This document shows, one piece after another, positions 9,681-15,489 of a DNA stretch of 15,489 nt. Both the position numbers and the translations under genes were made by a program. The stretch covers positions 1 to 15,489 of the forward strand of contig BAAFSQ010000235.1 of the NCBI GenBank assembly GCA_054661495.1, read 5' to 3'. Within the stretch, counting starts at the first letter, position 1. Each line of letters starts with the position of its first letter. This DNA comes from Zygophlyctis sp. KS116. Its lineage: Eukaryota > Fungi > Chytridiomycota. The notes under the pieces are model-generated. The model was not told where the DNA came from. It did not search any database and worked only from the letters and a program-made list of their open reading frames with translations.

Positions 9681-10273
9681 CTACATTTCACCACATTCAG
9701 ATATAATAATTGGTAATTTTGGTCTATTATTAACTCCTACAGGTACAGATTCCATCTTTCTTAAAGTATACAGTCCATCCAATACACGTCCAAAAACAAC
9801 ATGTTTACCATCCAAGAATTCAGAACTAGAACAAGTAATAAAAAACTGACATCCGTTACTATTAGGACCTGAATTAGCCATTGATAATAGTCCTGGAGAT
9901 GAATGTTTCAAATTAAAGTTTTCATCATCAAATTTATCACCATAAATACTCTTGCATCCAGTCCCATCTCCCTAATAATTATTAATGTAAAATACATGAA
10001 TAAAATCACCGCCTTGCACCTTGGGTTAGATAATAGATTGCATACCATGAAATCCTTGATCACTCTATGAAAAACTACTCCTTTGTACCCAACAGCAGAT
10101 CCATTGATTTTATATTCTCCAGTGCACAATTGTCTAAAGTTTTCTGCTGTTTTAGGAACAACATCATGAAATAACTCAAACTTGATTCTTCCGGCTATCA
10201 ATATTAAGAAATTTATCATACCATTCTGTCCCCCAATTGTAATATCAAAGAAAACTACTGGATTCGGTTGCAT
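9681..10273 (-). CDS. PPIH: Cyclophilin-type peptidyl-prolyl isomerase, likely cyclophilin H (U4/U6 snRNP)
   Basis: [66 protein letters not shown], terminal CGEM. Introns are 10195-10221, 10020-10045 and 9972-9995. Confidence 0.88.
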
Positions 10274-10340
10274 TTTGAAATGTAAAACTGATGAAAAAAT
10301 TTATTTGACCTACAAATCTAAATTCTGCAATTTGAAAGAA

Positions 10341-12063
10341 TTAATCGTTTAGATTCACAACTTCAAATTCATCCTTGTCTTTAGTAGTTGGTTCTTCTTC
10401 TGATAATAGTGATTTTCCAATCTTTTTCATGTATGATCCAACACTTGAAAAAAGTAATGAAGTTTGTTTAATGGATTTTGAGGTTTCATCTTTGGAAATT
10501 TGAAAGGATTTAGACTGCTGACTCATCATACTCTTTCCAAATTCTGACATTTTAGCAGCGAATTGCGATGACAGTTGACTGGGTGCTCCATGACACGGAT
10601 GACAAGATTTGATGTTTTCAGAAAACTGGTATTCATTAATGCGAGAAAACCAGTCATTATAGTTTTGGGTTTGTTGCCATGCTTTGAAAAATAGATTTCC
10701 ATATTCTGGAATATATTCAGGCTTTTTAGGGGATTCAGAGACTGCTTCTATACTTGTCTTTGAAAGTTGTAATAAACTGGAGAGGTAATTGGTGATTTTA
10801 ATTCTAATTTCTTCATCACTTCCTTCATATACAATTTGATTAGAATTAACTTCCAAGTCTTCTAATGTTTTAGAATTTTAAAAAAATTAGAAATTACCTT
10901 CAGAGTTCCATGTAGACTGAACAGATTTGGTGATTTCTTCCATGAATTTTTTATCGGCTGATGTGAGTGATAAGACTTGATTTAAAGCTGATGATGAAAT
11001 TTCAACTTCTCCGCTATCTACATTTACTATTATATCAATGGAACAGGCTTTATAAGTGGTAAAAATAGAATTTGTGGTTCCAACTAGAAAAGATTTGGTA
11101 TCTTTTGACATTAGTATATCAATTTGTTGTAATGGAATATATGGTTGAAAAAATCCGCCCTTTAATTTTATAAGTCTAGTTTTACCTTGCCAAATACTCG
11201 GAGTGGAAATCCACAATCGTAAATTTGCCTTTTATTGGCATAATCTTCTCCAGAATCTTCATCCATTGATTTTAAATCACAATTATCTAAATTTGGAGAT
11301 CCAACATCATCCATATGTCTTAATAATTCTGGTATTAAAGAAACTAACCCATATTGAAATGTGCAAAGCCTCTCCACTTTACTCCCAAAGAATAAAATCT
11401 ATTATATTATCATCTTTATCCTACCCTTCTCTCTAGAAGTAATGCCTTTAATAAGAGCAGTACTTTACTCTTAAATTTATGAATAATATCACGCAAACTA
11501 ATAGCCATATACAAGGCATGATCGAGTGAAACAGTTCCAGAACTAGTCTTCAAATTATCATACAATGATTTTAATATTTCCAATTGAGAAAAATCCTTTT
11601 GAGCAAAATACGCTTGTGTAACTAATCCCAACTTTGATCTAACCGAACCCAAAATCGGTTGTGATGCTAAAACAACAACAGCCTTTTGAACCATTGACCG
11701 GGTCACATCTGCTGTTTTATTTAATAAAGTCTTGGTTAAGAATTGAAAAATCTTACAGTCGCATCTATTTGTCTAAAACAAGCCAAGCCAAAAGTTGTAC
11801 TTTTATAGGATTCCCATTGCGGTACTGGCGGGAGATGAAAATATATGAATTCTTCAGTTGAAGAATGAGCGCCATCAGGCAGACACATAAAAGGCTAAAA
11901 TAAGTCGTTGAAATCTACCATAAATGACCATTCTTCTGGTAAATTAGCATCATTAGGAAACGGAGGCCAAGTGAATTCAACCTGCGGACCATTTCGATGA
12001 TGAAAGGCTACCAGTAAAACTAGTATTATATTTTAAATAATTACCGTTTAGAATGATTGGCAT
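10341..12063 (-). CDS. AVL9: Late secretory pathway protein AVL9 (DENN-related)
   Basis: MPIILNVLLVAFHHRNGPQVEF, WSFMPFMCLPDGAH, VTRSMVQKAVVV, FQPYIPLQQID, FLVGTTN, YEGSDEEIR. Introns are 12020-12044, 11895-11918, 11731-11756, 11399-11424, 11160-11185 and 10862-10897. Confidence 0.92.
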
Positions 12064-12103
12064 TGGGTTTGAAGTCGCGTTTCTCCATCGTTTAGTCCGA
12101 AAC

Positions 12104-12536
12104 ATGATTAAAGGCTCTTGTACTAACGAATCTCTATCATCTGCTTGCTCTGATGATGCGATTAATAAAGCATCATCTAATTGTCTTTCAGAACTAATCA
12201 TGCAGTTTCCAGAATTGGGGAAAATGGAGATTCCTTTCAAAGTAAGAACGCGAATATACTCAATCTAGGCCAAACAATTACTAGAATCTAGAGCATGTTC
12301 TTATCCATTGAAAACGTATAAAGGATCATTTGTACCATAATTAATAATAATCTTAGGAAATCGCAGAGGTTAAAACTCAATTATCAAAGGTTTATTCGCA
12401 GGTTTATAAAAATCACATCTATCAGTACTCATTACAGCATGCAATCGAATATTTAAAAGTTGAAAATAGAAAATTAATGGACCGATTGCAAACAATAGAG
12501 TTAAAAAAGAGTTTTCAAGAGGTAATTAAAATATAA
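12104..12536 (+). CDS. Hypothetical small protein with a C-terminal coiled coil (~126 aa)
   Basis: Two typical short GT-AG introns (12242-12268, 12332-12356) join three open frames: MIKGSCTNESL..IPFK|AKQLLESRAC..GSF|EIAEVKTQLSKV..LKVENRKLMDRLQTIELKKSFQEVIKI*. An alternative in-frame ATG lies at 12053. I recognise no family. Confidence 0.62.
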
Positions 12537-12538
12537 AT

Positions 12539-13775
12539 TTAATGACTAGCTAAATGACGATCCAAGTCATACTGTCGACGAAATTTAAATGAACATAATC
12601 CACAAGGAAAGTTCAAATCGACTTCAGTTGTATAATTACCAGTTAATGATTCAATAAGAGTTGGAGAATTGAATGCATCCTTTCTCTTTTTTCTGGGATT
12701 TGGATTTATATGAGTCTTTGAATGTCTTTGCAACAAATTCTTACTAGAGAATTTTGATCCACATTCAGGCCATTCACATTCAAATGGTTTAATTTTTAGA
12801 TGAAATGATTTGACATGAACAGAAAGACTTTTATCAGTCATAAACATCCTTTCACAACCATCAATCCCACAACAAATATTTGGAAAATGAGATGGATCAT
12901 GAGTTTTTAAATGTGATGTTAAAATATCCTTTCTTTTAAAAGTTCTTGAGCAAACATGACAAGTTAAATTAGTATGATTGTCTTTGATATGTTTTTGAAG
13001 TTGAGACCACTTTGAGAAACTAGCTTCACAATCAGCTTGACCACAATGATATAATAATTCATTAGAATGAGTTCTAGAGTGAGCTTTTAGTTTTGATGGT
13101 GTTGGAAAACTTTTCTCACACTCTTGACAAGCATAAGGTAATTTCCCAGTATGAACTGAAGCATGCCTTTTTAAATGATCATGTTTTGCAAAAGTTTGAT
13201 CACACTCTTGACACTAATTATAAATTTTATTTGTCTACCTTCCAAGTTTTTTTCTTCTCATGAGTAAGCATATGTCGCTTTAAATGAGACTTGTAAGCAT
13301 ATCTACTTGAGCACCCTTCCACATGACAAGCATAAGGCCTCTTTCCTTCTAAAGTATCCTGATGCACTACTAAATGTCTTGTATAATGCTCTTTTCTTAT
13401 AAAAGTCTTGAAACATCCCTCATGAGTACATGCAAATGGTCTTCTTCCTGAATGAGTTAATAAATGTCTTGATAATCTTCGTTTAGTAGCAAAAGACTTT
13501 AGACATCCTTCATTCGGACAATAAAATGATTCCGTCTGATTTTCAAAGAGATTTTGAGTCTGATCTTGAAATCCTGTTCCATTCAATGCAATTTGATCTT
13601 GAACTACTTTAGCTTTTCCAAATTTCCGATCATTTATAACTAAAATCTCTTCCATATCTGAGTCCGGTTCTTCTTCTGATGTATGAGACTCTTGTGAGAT
13701 TATATCCTCCTCCTCTGAAGAGAGATCGGGAGGGAAATAAGCATCTTCTTCACTACTAAGATCTAGAGATGGCAT
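12539..13775 (-). CDS. Transcription factor IIIA-like C2H2 zinc-finger protein (10 fingers)
   Basis: Acidic N-terminus, nine consecutive C2H2 fingers (including CGQADCEASFSKWSQLQKHIKDNH), a basic spacer (RKKRK), then a tenth finger CGLCSFKFRRQYDLDRHLASH. This layout is like fungal TFIIIA (S. pombe Sfc2). One intron, 13214-13238. Confidence 0.8.
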
Positions 13776-13889
13776 AGCAAACCTTTTTTAGCCTGAGCCT
13801 TGTGTGTCACCCTTGAGTCTCAAACCAAATCTCACGGCACGTTTCAGCAAACTGATCAGGCGTCGTCGTGGCGTTGGGTAGATTAAATA

Positions 13890-14258
13890 ATGAAAACTAC
13901 TACCGGAAAAGGCTCTAAAGCAGAGCTCAAGGATAAAATACAAATCTCTTACAAACTTGAAGACTTTGATGATGAAACTCTAATCTTTGAAATGGATGAT
14001 CATTTAGTAATGGACTATGAAATCAAGACTGAGATTTTGGAAGATTATTCTTCTACACAATATGATAAGCTACCTCCCCTAGAGTCAATATTATCATCTT
14101 CTTTACCTATCAAAACTCCTGCACTGCCATTATGGAGGTCTGATTCTAGAAAGAATTTAAATACCTTTATAGCTCCACATATTCTATCTCAAAGTAGTAA
14201 TCAGGTAGTTTCTGGGTCTTTACCATCTTCTAGGAGGAGTAGACTGAATATGATTTAA
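13890..14258 (+). CDS. Small disordered protein with PRAS40 (AKT1S1)-like motifs
   Basis: Intronless 122-aa ORF with an A-rich start context that fills the gap between neighbours. Motifs FEMDD, SLPIKTP..W and GSLP..RSRLN occur in PRAS40 order. The ORF is likely real; the family call is an inference. Confidence 0.6.
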   Translation: MKTTTGKGSKAELKDKIQISYKLEDFDDETLIFEMDDHLVMDYEIKTEILEDYSSTQYDKLPPLESILSSSLPIKTPALPLWRSDSRKNLNTFIAPHILSQSSNQVVSGSLPSSRRSRLNMI

Positions 14259-14321
14259 GTAGAAAACTCTTATCGAATTGGCTATTTTACCAATTTATGT
14301 GCAATTCTTGCAGAGATTAGC

Positions 14322-15188
14322 TTATGGTCTAGTTGAAATACTTGCAAACCATTCATTTTTATATATATCTGAAATTTTAAATCTCTTGTTTGAGTTTATT
14401 TCCAGCATGGGTAAAATACAAGATGCTATAGGAGATGGTAACAGAATTAACATTTGATGCTTACCAATCGTAAATTGTACATATCTTGAATCATTGCAAG
14501 TTGCCTGTTCCCAAGGTAATCTTTGAAAATAGAAAATTAGAAAAAGAATTCCACAAGACCAAATATCTAGAGCAGGTAAATCAAGTTCACCATCAGTAAA
14601 TGCTTCAGGTGCCATGTATGGTATACTTCCAGCTCTTTTTTTAGATTTATGAAAACATTTTCCAAATGGTTCCTGAAAGATTTCTGCTTGTCCGAAATCT
14701 GAAATTTTGAGTATTTTCCTTGAATCACTTAATAATACTTTGGTTAGTCTTTAACAAATACAGTTTTCCGGTTTTAAATCTTTATGTGCAACACCCATTT
14801 GATGCAAATAACAAACTCCAGCTATCAATTGACTAAAATAACTACAAGTCTCTGATAGAGTAATAGACTGATTTAATAATAAATTTAACATATCTCCACC
14901 TGGTGCATACTCTAAAACCATAAACCATACATTCTGATCTTGAATCAAGTCTATTGTTTTTATAATATTTTCATGAAATAGACATGATCCAATAGTAAAT
15001 TCTGCTGTTATTCTTTTTAGATATTCCTTTTGAGATTCATTATCTCTCTTGCTCCGAAATTCTTTAATTGCAAATGTTTCTTGAGAATCGGACATGGTTG
15101 CTAATTTAACCTGATATTACTCTAAATGTATTACAATTGATGATGATCCATAACCAATTATTTTTTTATTGATATGATATCCATTCAT
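14322..15188 (-). CDS. Ser/Thr protein kinase, fungal HAL/NPR (Hrk1/Sat4-like) family, catalytic domain only
   Basis: IGYGSSSIV, FAIKEFR, EYLKRITAEFTIGSCLFHENIIKTIDL, HKDLKPEN, DFG, GSIPYMAPE, DIWSCG, LPW..A..D. Introns are 15111-15134 and 14738-14761. An alternative in-frame start lies at 15260. Confidence 0.88.
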
Positions 15189-15408
15189 GATGAGGAAATA
15201 TTTAGAAATGCTGAAGCTTTTTGCACGAGATAGAAGTAAAAGAAATTGATAAGTTTTCATTTGATGCTCAGATAAAAATCATGAGAAAAGACTTACAATA
15301 TGAGAATCTTATCAGATCTTGTGTCGAATAACAATGTCCGATATTGTCCAGTGGCCAAGTCTAGAGTGGCCAGTCTCAAGTGCACAGGCGTAGGAGCGCA
15401 GTACTTAA

Positions 15409-15489
15409 ATGTCTGCGCTGAATTTGGATAAAAAGGATACAAAAGTCTGGCTTGTCAAAATTCCAACGTTTCTCCATGAGCAATGGACT
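15409..15489 (+). CDS. TFG2: TFIIF beta subunit (RAP30/Tfg2), 5' fragment running off the window
   Basis: MSALNLDKKDTKVWLVKIPTFLHEQW matches the L-x-L..VWLVK(V/I)PxxLxxxW N-terminal signature. An in-frame TAA lies directly before the ATG. Only 27 codons are visible. Confidence 0.78.
   Translation, partial: MSALNLDKKDTKVWLVKIPTFLHEQWT

Noticed and set aside
9080-9849. Plus-strand ORFs 9080-9361 and 9661-9849
   Set aside because: They are antisense shadows of YggS and cyclophilin H, and both begin at TTG rather than ATG.
11203-11861. Plus-strand ORFs 11203-11436 and 11661-11861
   Set aside because: They are antisense to AVL9 exons, start at GTG, and have no supporting features.
11977-12240. 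87-aa minus-strand ORF as an independent gene or a long AVL9 N-extension
   Set aside because: Only MPIILN belongs to AVL9 exon 1. The remainder reads through an intron or is antisense to the orphan gene.
13807-13816. TCACCCTTGA shared with the myosin intron stem arm (1979-1988)
   Set aside because: A single 10-nt match within 15 kb is expected by chance.
1-15489. Fragmented ORFs read as pseudogenes, programmed frameshifts, an alternative genetic code or non-canonical splice sites
   Set aside because: Every break is resolved by a GT-AG micro-intron under the standard code.

Overview
Eukaryotic, AT-rich, extremely compact genomic DNA. It is most consistent with a zoosporic (chytrid-like) fungus: it has fungal-type myosin I, a HAL/NPR kinase and TFIIIA, plus the cilium-associated LRRC56 and an ARMH2-like gene. 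I reconstructed 14 protein-coding genes by hand-splicing: myosin I (3' truncated), GGTase-I beta, Mn-SOD, LRRC56, AP-2 alpha, ARMH2-like, YggS/PLPBP, cyclophilin H, AVL9, an orphan coiled-coil gene, TFIIIA, a small PRAS40-like ORF, a minimal HAL-family kinase and TFIIF beta (3' truncated). They contain 46 GT-AG introns, 43 of them only 24-31 nt with an apparent floor at 24 nt. Intergenic gaps are mostly under 160 nt. The GGTase-I beta CDS appears to overlap both neighbours in coding sequence (16 nt head-to-head, 27 nt tail-to-tail). The most interesting items are the candidate fungal PRAS40-like TORC1 regulator, the overlapping start codons, the apparent length rule for acceptor choice, and two outlier long introns that carry RNA hairpins. 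All gene models are manual and lack transcript support.
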